Counted from the stretch's first letter, positions 19,764-30,019 are shown. The stretch is 64,000 bases of DNA from Pyrodictiaceae archaeon (GCA_015521735.1 WANQ01000043.1:30454-94453), one strand, 5' to 3'. Program-made: numbers and translations. Notes: generated by a model not told the origin, from the letters alone.

Positions 19764-20657
19764 ATGGCTAAAGACAAGTATAGCGAAGTACTTAGACCCA
19801 TAAGGAATAAACCATTTATCTCCTTCGCTATACCATCATCAATAGTATCTGAAGCCCCCGATCTAAGAGAGAAGACACGGAAAATAGGCTACATAGGACG
19901 TGCTGCAGCAATATTTAGAGTAGAAGAAATACTCGTTTACAGAGACGATGACTACGATAACCTTAAACTAGTTGAAACAATACTTAGCTACCTAGAAACA
20001 CCCCCCTACCTTAAGAGACGACTTATACCACGAAATCCTCTACTAAGATATGCTGGAATACTACCTCCACTTAAAACACCACATCACGTACACCCAAGAA
20101 TATTTAATACAAGGTATAGGGAAGGCATAGTTACATCAACTACTGCTAACGGATCAATAGTAGATATAGGATTAGATAAACAAGGCCTAGTACCCAAGGT
20201 AAAGCTCAGAGTTGGCTCAAGAGTTACAGTTAAAGTAAAAGGTATTAATAGAGATAGATATATACTTGAACTAGTTGACAGAGAATCCATAGACATATAC
20301 TGGGGCTATAAGCTGGAAACATATAATTCCATGGAAGATATGCTTAGAGAAGCTACTAGGAAATATGATGTAGTAATAGGTGCTACTAAAAAAGGCGAAA
20401 TACTATACAACATAGAGAAACAGTTAATGAACAACCTCGTTGAGAAGAACAAGGTACTCATAGTATTTGGTGGACCAAAACACGATATAGATGAAATAGC
20501 TTCAAAAGAAGGAGTAGATATCAAGGAGTATTGTGACTACCTAGTTAACTTTATACCAAGACAGGGAGTAGAAAGTGTTAGAACAGAAGAGGCTATACTA
20601 ATAGTACTTGGCATAATCAATTACTTGAAAGAAAAATACCTACTTAACACTAACTAA
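19764..20657 (+). CDS. SPOUT RNA methyltransferase (COG2106/C9orf114 family)
   Basis: IGRAAAIFRV, YLETPPYL, GILPPLKTPHH and NFIPRQGVESVRTEEA. Confidence 0.92.
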   Translation: MAKDKYSEVLRPIRNKPFISFAIPSSIVSEAPDLREKTRKIGYIGRAAAIFRVEEILVYRDDDYDNLKLVETILSYLETPPYLKRRLIPRNPLLRYAGILPPLKTPHHVHPRIFNTRYREGIVTSTTANGSIVDIGLDKQGLVPKVKLRVGSRVTVKVKGINRDRYILELVDRESIDIYWGYKLETYNSMEDMLREATRKYDVVIGATKKGEILYNIEKQLMNNLVEKNKVLIVFGGPKHDIDEIASKEGVDIKEYCDYLVNFIPRQGVESVRTEEAILIVLGIINYLKEKYLLNTN

Positions 20658-20790
20658 AACCTATTATACTGAAACCGTAGCTCCAGTACACTCCATGTAG
20701 ACCTAAGTAGCCCATATCATTATAACACATAAATAAGCTAGACTATGCTAATAGGTCAGACTACAACATAGGTGTCAAACCTTAAATAGC

Positions 20791-21069
20791 GTGTTGGATA
20801 CTATTATACTGGTTGAACCCATGAGCCTAGTTATAGAGTCAAAGGTTGGTAGAAAAAGAGTAATTGTTATACCCAAGGCTATAGCTGAAGCAGTAAAGAT
20901 TCGTGAAGGACAAAAGATTAGGATAATGGCTGTAGAGGATAAGATAGTAATAGAGCCTGTAAGAGATGCAATATGGCTTGCACTCTATGGGGAAAAGATA
21001 GGTAGGATACTACCAGAAGAAATTGAAGAGGAGAGTATGCGTGAGCAAGAAAAGCTTGCAGAGAAGTAG
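20791..21069 (+). CDS. vapB: AbrB/MazE-family antitoxin (VapB)
   Basis: KVGRKRVIVIPKAI...IREGQKI swapped-hairpin motif; likely start 20821; overlaps the PIN gene. Confidence 0.85.
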   Translation: MLDTIILVEPMSLVIESKVGRKRVIVIPKAIAEAVKIREGQKIRIMAVEDKIVIEPVRDAIWLALYGEKIGRILPEEIEEESMREQEKLAEK

Positions 21070-21490
21070 ACTGCTACTTGATACATCATTTATTCTACCA
21101 GTTCTAGGCTTCGAGTCTTCAGCTAGAGTAATGAGGGCTTTTCAGAGACTCGGCTCCTACGAGTTATACTATAATGATATAAGTGTACTTGAAGCACTAT
21201 GGAAGATAGTAAAGGTAATTAAAGGGACAAGAAAAGAACTCCAACGCATTAAGGAAGGAGTTATAGCCATAAAGAAAACCATGAAGTATGCACCAATTAG
21301 TGGAGAAGTTGTTGAAAAAGCCATACACATGTATAAGCTAGGTCATAAGGACATGATAGATAACCTACTCTACTCAACTGCTATAGTAAATAAACTCAAA
21401 CTACTTACCGTGGATAGAGAGCTAATAGAGTTCGTGGAGAAACATGACCTTGTGAGAGACGCTATTATTACACCAGAAGAATTAGAGTAA
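21023..21490 (+). CDS. vapC: PIN-domain toxin (VapC)
   Basis: LLLDTSF, SVLEA, DMIDNLLYSTA and LLTVD acidic PIN motifs. Confidence 0.88.
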   Translation: MKRRVCVSKKSLQRSRLLLDTSFILPVLGFESSARVMRAFQRLGSYELYYNDISVLEALWKIVKVIKGTRKELQRIKEGVIAIKKTMKYAPISGEVVEKAIHMYKLGHKDMIDNLLYSTAIVNKLKLLTVDRELIEFVEKHDLVRDAIITPEELE

Positions 21491-21541
21491 TCCCAACCTG
21501 GTTCTACAAGTTATAAGAGAAGAATGCTTGTTTCACGGTGT

Positions 21542-22029
21542 TCATGGCTCTATGTCGAATGGTAGTTCAAGTAGTTGCTTTAATTTCCTAAATCTCGGTT
21601 TACCCAACTTTATTCTACCTATACACTTAGAGCTTGGTGTATGCTCTTTATTGCATGCGTTAATGTTCCATATACTACCATCTGTATCGTACACTATTGT
21701 TATGTAGAGTGTTTTACTTCAGATGGTACTGGAAATAAATCATATATTATGTTGCCATAGGTTTTCTCTGCTTCTTCTCTAGGCATAACCTTTACCTCTA
21801 TTCTAAGCCCTTCCTCAATTTTCTTATTGGCTAGTTCCTCTATAGCTTTAATTTCTTCTGGTGAGGGCTTTCTATTATACTTTACAGTTAGTCTACCATG
21901 TTTACCTTTAACATAGGTACTTGCAGTCCACATAGCCTCTTCTCCTAGAACCTTGACAACAGCGCCCTTGAGTATGTGTAAAGCTGTATGTGTTCGAACC
22001 TCTTCTGGATATTCATCAATACAGCTCAT
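21542..22029 (-). pseudogene. AlaX-S alanyl/seryl-tRNA editing protein with a single -1 frameshift
   Basis: HTALH motif in the annotated ORF; adding one A at 21712-21715 continues as [25 protein letters not shown]...RFRKLKQLLELPFDIEP*, restoring the CxxxH Zn motif. Confidence 0.85.
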
Positions 22030-22098
22030 AAGTAGTCCCTAACACATGTTAGGGGTGAGGGTTAGGGTAAAAGAACTTTACATGGTCTTAAATTATAC

Positions 22099-23385
22099 TT
22101 AGGCTTCTATGGGGTTAACTACATGTCCTATGAACAGTATTGTATTGGTATTTCTATCCCAGATCATGTATATGAATGGCTTATCAACTACTACTTCTTC
22201 ATCTACTACTGGAAGGGATTCCACAATTATTATTGCTGTAGCTGCAGCTGCTTCAGTTCCCTTCTCGTTTACCTTGATTACAGCTTGATGTACTACTTTA
22301 CTAACCCATATACTACCTACACCTACATTAGCCATCCTAGTTAAGTCAGCTCTACCTGGCGTGAAGACCTCTCTTACCCCTAGTTCTTTGAGTACTTCTA
22401 CTAGGTCTGTTCTCAATGTTATATTGAATTTAGGCATTATGAGCCAAATCTTTCTTCTAGAACTCTCCTCCTTAAGCTTGTTTAAGGCTTCTATAACTAG
22501 TTTTTGATACTTGTAGCGTATATCGTTGTGATTCTCGGGTACTATTACTATCATTGAAATACTTGTATTATTGTAGGGTACTTCTACTACTGTATAGCCA
22601 TCACCGTGTACTACTCTTAGCTTATCGCTAATCAACTCCATAGCTGGTACTTCAACATAGGTTTCACCAGTCCAGAACCTAATAGGTGATGTAGGCTTAA
22701 ACTCTTCAACCCAGTTAGCCTTAAAATAGATGACTGATACAATAACAGCTACAACATTTTCATCTACATCATCTCTACTAATTAGTTCTCTTATTAGGCC
22801 TCTCGTCTTAGTACTAACCCATTCATTGATATCCGAGACCAGCTGGCCAATACTTTCAAAGTACTTTACTTCTGCATCATAACATTTACGTACTAGTTCA
22901 ATATACTCTTCTCGGAAGGGGTATCCCTGCTTAAGCCAAATAGCATTAGCTACTATGAGTGCTGTATTATCATTATTGTTTAAAGGTAAAGAGCCTAGTA
23001 ATTCTTGATAAGCCTTACATAGGCTATTATCGGCTAAACCCATAACGCTACCTAGCTCTCTTCTAGTACTCCCATTAGCACCCTCATAGAGTAGTGTTAA
23101 CGCAATGTAAATGTTGAAAGGCGATACTACAGTATTCTTATTCCAGTTTCTCTCCAAGACCCTACCATATACTTTCAACGTGAAGTTGTTAATCCTTTCA
23201 ACTAGTTCGGGAACACTGACTTCATTAAAACTGGACTCATTGCTAGGATTTAGTACCCCAACATTTGCATTGTAGAGTTCTATGGATAACATAGTGAATG
23301 AGATAACTATAGTAGCTAGAATAATCATAGCTACTAGTACTATGAGAAACAATACCGTACTACGCATACATGCGCCCCATAACAT
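22099..23385 (-). CDS. Serpin (serine protease inhibitor) with N-terminal signal/TM anchor
   Basis: NTVVSPF, INEWVSTKTRGLI, IYFKANW, hinge EKGTEAAAAT and DKPFIYMI...ILFIGHVVNP. Confidence 0.95.
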   Translation of the reverse strand: MLWGACMRSTVLFLIVLVAMIILATIVISFTMLSIELYNANVGVLNPSNESSFNEVSVPELVERINNFTLKVYGRVLERNWNKNTVVSPFNIYIALTLLYEGANGSTRRELGSVMGLADNSLCKAYQELLGSLPLNNNDNTALIVANAIWLKQGYPFREEYIELVRKCYDAEVKYFESIGQLVSDINEWVSTKTRGLIRELISRDDVDENVVAVIVSVIYFKANWVEEFKPTSPIRFWTGETYVEVPAMELISDKLRVVHGDGYTVVEVPYNNTSISMIVIVPENHNDIRYKYQKLVIEALNKLKEESSRRKIWLIMPKFNITLRTDLVEVLKELGVREVFTPGRADLTRMANVGVGSIWVSKVVHQAVIKVNEKGTEAAAATAIIIVESLPVVDEEVVVDKPFIYMIWDRNTNTILFIGHVVNPIEA

Positions 23386-23522
23386 TATGCTTACCTAGTA
23401 TTGTTTAAACCTAGTTATTGGAACTAGGTGTTCGACTATCTAGAATCACTAGCTAGCGCAACTAGCTTGCTAGAGAAGTTTAAGTCTAATAGTTGATGTG
23501 GGAGATAAGATTGTATTAGTCC

Positions 23523-24422
23523 ATGTCAATAATTATACTGTGGGCTCTAATACTTGTTAGTGGGTTGATGTATATGAAAGCGTATGTTTCAATTGATTTA
23601 GAAGGTTTACCCGGTATATCCAGTATTTCTCAAGTGGGTCCTAGGTACTCTTTATACGATGATGCACGTAGGATTATGACTTGGATAACAAATACTGTGT
23701 CCAGGCAATTATTGAAGGAAGGATTTAGTCATGTAACTGTAGCTGATAGTCATGGGTATATGGCTAATATAGCATACATGGATGTAGTGGAGAATGTAGA
23801 GCTTATTCAAGGATACCCTAGACCATACTCTATGATGATAGGAGTAGAGGAGGGCTATGATGCAGTACTAATGATAGGATACCATGCACGTGCAGGTACT
23901 CTAAAAGGATTCCTAGACCATACATATAGTTCTACTACAATACACAGAATATACGTAAACAATGAGCTTGCAAGTGAGTACTACTTAAATGCACTTTATG
24001 CTGGATACTACGATGTACCAGTAATAATGGTTGCAGGAGACGAGTATCTAAGAGAAGAAGTAGAAAAACATACACCATGGGCTATTTTCATAGCATTAAA
24101 GAAGGGGTATAGTAGGTTATCAGCAAAATACTCGTCAACAAGAATAGTAGAAAAGAAACTTAGTGAAGGAATAAGAGAAGCTGTAAAAGTTTTAAAGAAA
24201 GGAGAGGCAAGACCACTAAAACCTAATGGTACGTTAAAGCTTAGAATTGAGTTGAAGAACCAAGTCTACGCTGATATGGCTCAACTAGTACCAGGTACTA
24301 GGAGAGTTGACGCCTATACTATTGAGTATGAAGCAAAGAATCCTGTAGAAGCACTAGGTGTTGTAGAAGTTGTCGCATGGCTTGGAATAGCAGGGTACAC
24401 TATGATTGAGCGTCAACGTTAG
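23523..24422 (+). CDS. dppA: D-aminopeptidase DppA (peptidase M55)
   Basis: YVSIDLEG, VADSHG, IGYHARAG and LDHTYS; likely start 23575. Confidence 0.92.
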   Translation: MSIIILWALILVSGLMYMKAYVSIDLEGLPGISSISQVGPRYSLYDDARRIMTWITNTVSRQLLKEGFSHVTVADSHGYMANIAYMDVVENVELIQGYPRPYSMMIGVEEGYDAVLMIGYHARAGTLKGFLDHTYSSTTIHRIYVNNELASEYYLNALYAGYYDVPVIMVAGDEYLREEVEKHTPWAIFIALKKGYSRLSAKYSSTRIVEKKLSEGIREAVKVLKKGEARPLKPNGTLKLRIELKNQVYADMAQLVPGTRRVDAYTIEYEAKNPVEALGVVEVVAWLGIAGYTMIERQR

Positions 24423-24514
24423 CTACAGTAATGCCTACTAAATAGTATTGTCTCCTAGAAACATTGTCTTTGCTGTACATGCTTTAAAACTTGTTTTTGC
24501 TTGTTATGTAGGGT

Positions 24515-24534
24515 TATAAAAATAAGTTTTTATA
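24515..24534. promoter_or_regulatory. Inverted repeat overlapping the TATA box of the sulfhydrogenase operon
   Basis: TATAAAAA-TAAG-TTTTTATA about 60 bp upstream of the hydB start. Confidence 0.45.
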
Positions 24535-24596
24535 CTAAGTTTTGCGTGAAATAATAACGTGTTTTCAATTACCAATAAGGACTAGGTTAAACCATC

Positions 24597-25685
24597 ATGT
24601 CTCTAACAGGATTATACTACGGTAAACCCGTGGAACTAGTAAAGCTTTTCAATACATTGAAGTCTAGAGGATACAAGGTAATAGGACCTAAGGTTGTTGA
24701 AGGTGTTATAAGGTTAGAGGAACTAGGCTCCTATGAAGAATTAGCAAGCAATGTAAGTGATATACAAGAACCTGGTAGATACAGGCTTGTAGACGGAGGC
24801 AAGTATTTTAGGCATGGACCTGATTCTCCTAAGAAGATGCTCTATCCGCCAAGACTAACATTGTTTAGGATTACTAAAGACTATAGGATAGAGGTACCAG
24901 AAGTAGAAGTACCTAAGATAGCCTTCTTCGCCTTAAAGCCATGTGATTTAGCGGCAATACAGGTTATGGACCGGGTTCAAGGCTGTTTAGGTGATGCATA
25001 CTATAACTTAGTAAGAAGGAATCTCGTCATAGTAGTTGAGAACTGTGTAGAACCTGGAGGAACATGTTTTTGTGCAACTATGGGTACTGGGCCAATAGCT
25101 TCTAAGGGATTTGATGTTGCTTTTACACGTATAAGAGATGACTTAGTGGTATTTGAGGCTGGTAGTAGCCTGGGAGTAGAGCTACTTGACGAACTAGAAC
25201 TAGAGCCTCTTGACGAGAAACTCTATAGGGAGTTCATTGATGTCGTACGTAGAGCTTACTCTAAGGCTAGACCCATAGAACTACCAGATAAGTTACCAGA
25301 ACTATTAGAGCTCACCTTAGACTCAGACATGTATAAGGAGATAGCTGAAAAATGCCTAGGATGCGCTAACTGCAACATGGTTTGCCCTACATGCTTCTGC
25401 TTTGACGTAATAGACATACCATACTATGATGGATCAGCTGAGAGAGTAAGGGTATGGGATGGATGCTTCTCCTACAATTACGCTGCAGTAGCTGGAGGAC
25501 ACTATCGTCCAGATCTATGGGCTAGGTATCGCCACTGGTTTCTACACAAATTCTCGTACTGGGTTAAGCAGTTTGGAACCTATGGATGTGTTGGATGTGG
25601 TAGATGTATCACATGGTGTCCTGTAGGAATAGATGTACGTGATACTCTCCGTAGAGCTATAAAGGAGGCTGAAAAACATGGTTAA
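24597..25685 (+). CDS. hydB: Group 3b sulfhydrogenase beta subunit (Fe-S)
   Basis: KPCDL, CFCATMGTGP, CLGCANCNMVCPTCFC and GCVGCGRCITWCP. Confidence 0.93.
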   Translation: MSLTGLYYGKPVELVKLFNTLKSRGYKVIGPKVVEGVIRLEELGSYEELASNVSDIQEPGRYRLVDGGKYFRHGPDSPKKMLYPPRLTLFRITKDYRIEVPEVEVPKIAFFALKPCDLAAIQVMDRVQGCLGDAYYNLVRRNLVIVVENCVEPGGTCFCATMGTGPIASKGFDVAFTRIRDDLVVFEAGSSLGVELLDELELEPLDEKLYREFIDVVRRAYSKARPIELPDKLPELLELTLDSDMYKEIAEKCLGCANCNMVCPTCFCFDVIDIPYYDGSAERVRVWDGCFSYNYAAVAGGHYRPDLWARYRHWFLHKFSYWVKQFGTYGCVGCGRCITWCPVGIDVRDTLRRAIKEAEKHG

Positions 25686-26514
25686 ACTTGAATACAAGCT
25701 CATACCTAAGATAGCTGTTGTAGAAGATGTTAGAGAGGAAACACCCAACGTAAGAACATTTTATTTAAGAGTAGATGATTTAGGCCAAGAACCACTACCA
25801 GGGCAATTCAATGAACTCTATATTCCTGGTGGTGGCGAGGTACCAATATCTGTTAGCGATATAGTTGAAGTGAACGGTAGGAAGCTTATAGCCCATACTG
25901 TTAGGTTTATTGGAAGTGTTACCTGGATGTTTAGTAGGCTAGAGAAGGGTTCACGTATAGGTATAAGAGGACCCTACGGTAAGGGCTGGCCTATTGAAAG
26001 GCTTAGAGGTAGGGATATACTATTAGTTGCAGGTGGCTTAGGCTTAGCTCCTCTTAGACCAGTTATACGTGAAGTAGAGAGGAACCGTGGCCTATATGGT
26101 AGACTCATAATACTGTATGGTGCACGTACACCAAGAGATCTCCTATACCGTTACGAATATCATCGATACGAGGATATACCTAATACAGAGCTATTAGTAA
26201 CAGTTGATAAAGCTACTAGTTCATGGAGAGGCCATGTAGGAGTTGTAACTAAGCTTATACCGCTAGTAGAGCTAGACGTTGAGAATACTATAGCTCTCGT
26301 ATGTGGACCAGAAATAATGATGAGGTTCACGGTTAAGGAGTTGAAGAAGAGGGGGTTCAAGGACAATCAAATCTACCTATCACTTGAAAGGAGAATGAAG
26401 TGTGGTGTAGGCTTATGTGGCCACTGTCAAATGGGACCCTACTTCGTATGTAAGCATGGACCTGTTTTCCCCTACTGGTTTATCAAGAAGTACTTCTGGG
26501 TGGATCAAATATGA
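25678..26514 (+). CDS. hydG: Group 3b sulfhydrogenase gamma subunit (FAD/NAD(P), 2Fe-2S)
   Basis: PGQF...GEVPIS, RGPYGKG, AGGLGLAP and MKCGVGLCGHC...VCKHGP. Confidence 0.93.
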   Translation: MVKLEYKLIPKIAVVEDVREETPNVRTFYLRVDDLGQEPLPGQFNELYIPGGGEVPISVSDIVEVNGRKLIAHTVRFIGSVTWMFSRLEKGSRIGIRGPYGKGWPIERLRGRDILLVAGGLGLAPLRPVIREVERNRGLYGRLIILYGARTPRDLLYRYEYHRYEDIPNTELLVTVDKATSSWRGHVGVVTKLIPLVELDVENTIALVCGPEIMMRFTVKELKKRGFKDNQIYLSLERRMKCGVGLCGHCQMGPYFVCKHGPVFPYWFIKKYFWVDQI

Positions 26515-27284
26515 AGAAGCTCCGTATAGCTGTTTACAAGTTTGCTAGTTGTGATGGATGCCAGCTACAGCTACTTAACCTTGAAGACGAGTTACTGGAT
26601 CTTGTAGAACACGTAGAGTTTGCAATGTTCTATGAGGCTAGTAGTGATGTTAAGCCAGGACCCTACGATGTAGCATTCATTGAAGGAGCAGTATCAACTC
26701 CTGAAGAAGAAGAAATCGTTAGGAAGGCTAGAGAGGAGTCTAAGATAGTTGTAGCTATTGGTGCATGTGCTACTGCTGGAGGAATACAGGCTCTTAGAAA
26801 CTGGGCTAATGTTGAAGAATACAAGAAGTACGTCTACCCTAACCCCGAATGGATTAAAGCCTTAGAGAAAGCCCACCCCATTTCAGATTACATTAAGGTA
26901 GACTACGAGATACGTGGATGCCCAGTAAGTAAGGAGCAGTTATCATTCTTTATAAGACAGTTACTCATAGGCAAGAAGCCTACACTACCAGTTGATAGCG
27001 TATGCATGGAGTGTAAGATGAAGGGTAATGTATGCTTAATGGTTACAAAGGGAATACCATGCCTAGGGCCCGTAACCATGGCTGGATGCGGTGCTATATG
27101 CCCAAGTTACGGACGTGGATGCTATGGATGCTATGGGCCCATGATTGACCCTAAACCCAGAGCATTAGCACAAGCATTCGTAAAGATGATGGGGTTGAGT
27201 AAACGGGATGTAGCTTTATTGTTCAAATCATTTACTGGTTGGAGTAAACCATTCCGTGAGGTGGTAGATGAGTATGGCAAGTGA
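26511..27284 (+). CDS. hydD: Group 3b [NiFe]-hydrogenase small (delta) subunit
   Basis: SCDGC, GACATAGG, RGCP and VCMEC...CLGPVTMAGCGAICP...CYGCYG. Confidence 0.94.
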   Translation: MKKLRIAVYKFASCDGCQLQLLNLEDELLDLVEHVEFAMFYEASSDVKPGPYDVAFIEGAVSTPEEEEIVRKAREESKIVVAIGACATAGGIQALRNWANVEEYKKYVYPNPEWIKALEKAHPISDYIKVDYEIRGCPVSKEQLSFFIRQLLIGKKPTLPVDSVCMECKMKGNVCLMVTKGIPCLGPVTMAGCGAICPSYGRGCYGCYGPMIDPKPRALAQAFVKMMGLSKRDVALLFKSFTGWSKPFREVVDEYGK

Positions 27285-28578
27285 AGTAGAAAGAACATTT
27301 AAAGTAGACTACCTTGCTAGAGTTGAAGGAGAAGGTAGAGTCTACGTTAAGATGAGAAATGGTAGAATAGAGAGAGTTGAAGTAGGAATATTTGAGCCTC
27401 CTAGATTCTTTGAAGCATTCCTTAGAGGTAGAAAATACCTTGAGGTACCAGATATTACAGCTAGAATCTGTGGTATATGCCCAATAGCATATATCATGAG
27501 CTCTAGCCGTGCATTCGAGAAATTATTTGGCATAGAGTTAACTGAAGAACTCAAAACGCTTAGAAGAATAATCTACCTAGGCGAATGGATAGAAAGCCAC
27601 ATGCTACACATAGCAATGCTCCATGCACCAGACTTCCTAGGATGCCATAGCATAATAGAGATAGCAAGAAAGCATCCACAATTCGCAAAAGACTCTCTAC
27701 TAGTCAAGGCATGGGGTAATAAGGTCATAGAAGTTATAGGTGGTAGATCAGTACACCCAGTTTCATGCCGTGTTGGGGGATTCCACCGAATAATAAAACG
27801 TGAACAACTACTAGGACTACTAAAGAAAATATATGATGTAAAAAATGCTGCTAAGAGAATACTTGAATTCGTACTACAACTACCAATACCAGATTTCAAA
27901 CGAGACATAGAGTTCATGTCACTTAAAGGAGATAAAGAGTACCCAATACTTGAAGGTAGAGTTGTATCCAATAAGGGCATAGATGTACCAGAAGACGAGT
28001 TCGAGAAAGTAGTAGAAGTACAACAAGTACCATACTCTAATGCACTAAGATACAGGGTTAAGGGTAGAGGAACATATGTTACCGGGCCTATAGCAAGATT
28101 CAATCTAAACTACAAGCTACTACTACCAGAGGTAAGAGAAGTAGTAGAAGCCTATGGATATAAGGCACCATTAACAAATACTTATCAAAGCATTATAGCA
28201 AGAGCAGCAGAAGTATACCAAGCAGTCCTAGAACTAGAAGAACTAATATTATCATATCGTGAACCTAGTCAACCATACATAGAAGGCGAAGTAAGAGAGG
28301 GGTGGAGTGCAGCTATAACGGAGGCACCAAGGGGAATGCTTTACCATGCCTATAGAGTAGATAGTGAAGGATACGTAGTAGATGCTAACATAATACCTCC
28401 TACAGCACAAAACCTAGCAGCAATGGAGGAGGACATAAAAGCACAGGAAGAAGTACTGTGGCGTGAACCCTATGAGAAAGCAAAACTACTAGTACAGCAA
28501 ACAATAAGAAACTATGATCCATGCATATCATGCTCCGTACATACGGTAAAAGTAATAATAGAGAAACAACATTCTTAG
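27268..28578 (+). CDS. hydA: Group 3b [NiFe]-hydrogenase large (alpha) subunit
   Basis: ARVEGEG, RICGICP, EAPRG and YDPCISCSVH plus extension. Confidence 0.95.
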   Translation: MSMASEVERTFKVDYLARVEGEGRVYVKMRNGRIERVEVGIFEPPRFFEAFLRGRKYLEVPDITARICGICPIAYIMSSSRAFEKLFGIELTEELKTLRRIIYLGEWIESHMLHIAMLHAPDFLGCHSIIEIARKHPQFAKDSLLVKAWGNKVIEVIGGRSVHPVSCRVGGFHRIIKREQLLGLLKKIYDVKNAAKRILEFVLQLPIPDFKRDIEFMSLKGDKEYPILEGRVVSNKGIDVPEDEFEKVVEVQQVPYSNALRYRVKGRGTYVTGPIARFNLNYKLLLPEVREVVEAYGYKAPLTNTYQSIIARAAEVYQAVLELEELILSYREPSQPYIEGEVREGWSAAITEAPRGMLYHAYRVDSEGYVVDANIIPPTAQNLAAMEEDIKAQEEVLWREPYEKAKLLVQQTIRNYDPCISCSVHTVKVIIEKQHS

Positions 28579-28596
28579 CTTAAAATACTCTTACAT

Positions 28597-30018
28597 TTAC
28601 TTTCTCAAATATTTTCCTTCAACTATTTTTAGCGTCCTATACCTACACTCCACACATACCTCAAATGGTGACCTTGAGTAGGGTTGTCCACCACCCATTA
28701 TACATCCATTAGGGCATATGTATAATACTATTGTTCCAGTCTTTATCAATCCTCTCTTAACAGCCTCTAGTATACCCTTTACTTCATAAGGTCCTACAGC
28801 TTTAACATACCCATATGTTTTAGGCATTATTTCTCCATCAGGTTTACTAGGTCTTAGGTCTTTTAGATCCATCTTTTTCAGCATTACTTGTAATTCTCTT
28901 GTAGTTATAACGTGTTCTCCATGTAGTTTTCTTGCAACACATTGCGTTATTAGTACACTATGATATCCTAGTCTTGGTGTTGGTGGACGTACAAGGTATT
29001 TCCTTAGTTCAGGGTAGAACTGGTTTACATACTTGTATTCTGCTTCGCTTACTGGCACTATGTTTAACTCGTGTGTGAGCTGTATGTCTGCTAAAGGCGA
29101 CCATATTATTATCCTAGTAAATCCTAGTTCTCTAAGCGCGGTAATAACCTTACCAGGATCTACTTCTTCTGCTTCTGCTAGTGCTGCTAATGCTTCTGGC
29201 TCTATGTATGCTATTGGATTATGTTTTGAGAGGAGCCCTTGAACGTTTTCTATATCATTTCTGTAAACTAGGGCTCCTACAGGACAGTAAGCTGTACATA
29301 AACCACATAGTATGCATGTAGTGTTCTCAAATGGCTCATAGAATGGTGTTGCAACTGCTATGTCTATTCCACGGTTAACGAATCCTAAAGCATTTACACC
29401 TAGACTACTACATACTCCAACGCATCTACCACAAATAATACATTTATCTGCATGGAGCCTTAGTATCTTACCCCTAATATCACGTAAGTATTCACGACAG
29501 AACTCAAATCTCCTCTCACCTTGCTTAAACCATGATCCTCCCACTATCTTGGCTATGAGTTCTACTAACTCCCACTTGTTAATTGGGCATCCTCTTAGCC
29601 AGTAATCAACTCTAACATATCTTGAAATAGGTTCTCCTTCAATGATTCCTTCATGCTTCTCTTCGCTTCCATAGACTTTCTTTACTCCATTAATGCTTCT
29701 TCCTTTCATAAGCCCTGGTATTCCTCCTAGGAGACTACATGTACCTAGGGCTACTAGTATCTTCGCCTTTCTCCTAATCTCCTTTAGCTTCTCAGCATCC
29801 TCTATGGAAGCTACTGCTCCTTCAACGAATACTATATCGTATTCCTCTCTTTCACTAGTATAGCCTAAAAGAGGTTCATAGGCTATTTCTATACCGTATT
29901 TCTCCATTAACTCGATTAGCTTCTCACCTAGATTAACTATTTCATGCCTACATCCCTCGCATCCTGCTAGAGAGTATATTCCTACAATAATTTTGTCTGC
30001 CATGGATTTATACCTCAA
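28597..30018 (-). CDS. Chimera: [NiFe] small-subunit proximal-cluster domain + 2x[4Fe-4S] + degenerate [FeFe]-hydrogenase H-cluster domain
   Basis: GCEGC/EGAV/GTC/RGCP; then CIICGRCVGVC...NRG...CILCGLCTAYCPVGAL; then ALRELGF, QFYPEL, QCVARK, VITTREL and CPNGCIMGGGQP. Likely start is the ATG at 30003. Confidence 0.88.
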   Translation of the reverse strand: MRYKSMADKIIVGIYSLAGCEGCRHEIVNLGEKLIELMEKYGIEIAYEPLLGYTSEREEYDIVFVEGAVASIEDAEKLKEIRRKAKILVALGTCSLLGGIPGLMKGRSINGVKKVYGSEEKHEGIIEGEPISRYVRVDYWLRGCPINKWELVELIAKIVGGSWFKQGERRFEFCREYLRDIRGKILRLHADKCIICGRCVGVCSSLGVNALGFVNRGIDIAVATPFYEPFENTTCILCGLCTAYCPVGALVYRNDIENVQGLLSKHNPIAYIEPEALAALAEAEEVDPGKVITALRELGFTRIIIWSPLADIQLTHELNIVPVSEAEYKYVNQFYPELRKYLVRPPTPRLGYHSVLITQCVARKLHGEHVITTRELQVMLKKMDLKDLRPSKPDGEIMPKTYGYVKAVGPYEVKGILEAVKRGLIKTGTIVLYICPNGCIMGGGQPYSRSPFEVCVECRYRTLKIVEGKYLRK

Positions 30019-30019
30019 C

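Noticed and set aside
22037-22054. Hairpin CCCTAACA-CA-TGTTAGGG upstream of alaX
   Set aside because: Single 8-bp inverted repeat with no second instance; function unsupported
24421-24597. SurR-type GTTn3AAC sites at hydrogenase promoters
   Set aside because: No exact match found by eye here or upstream of the other hydrogenase operons
28597-30018. Calling this an active [FeFe]-hydrogenase
   Set aside because: P1 cysteines and P2/P3 catalytic-pocket residues are missing and no maturases are visible
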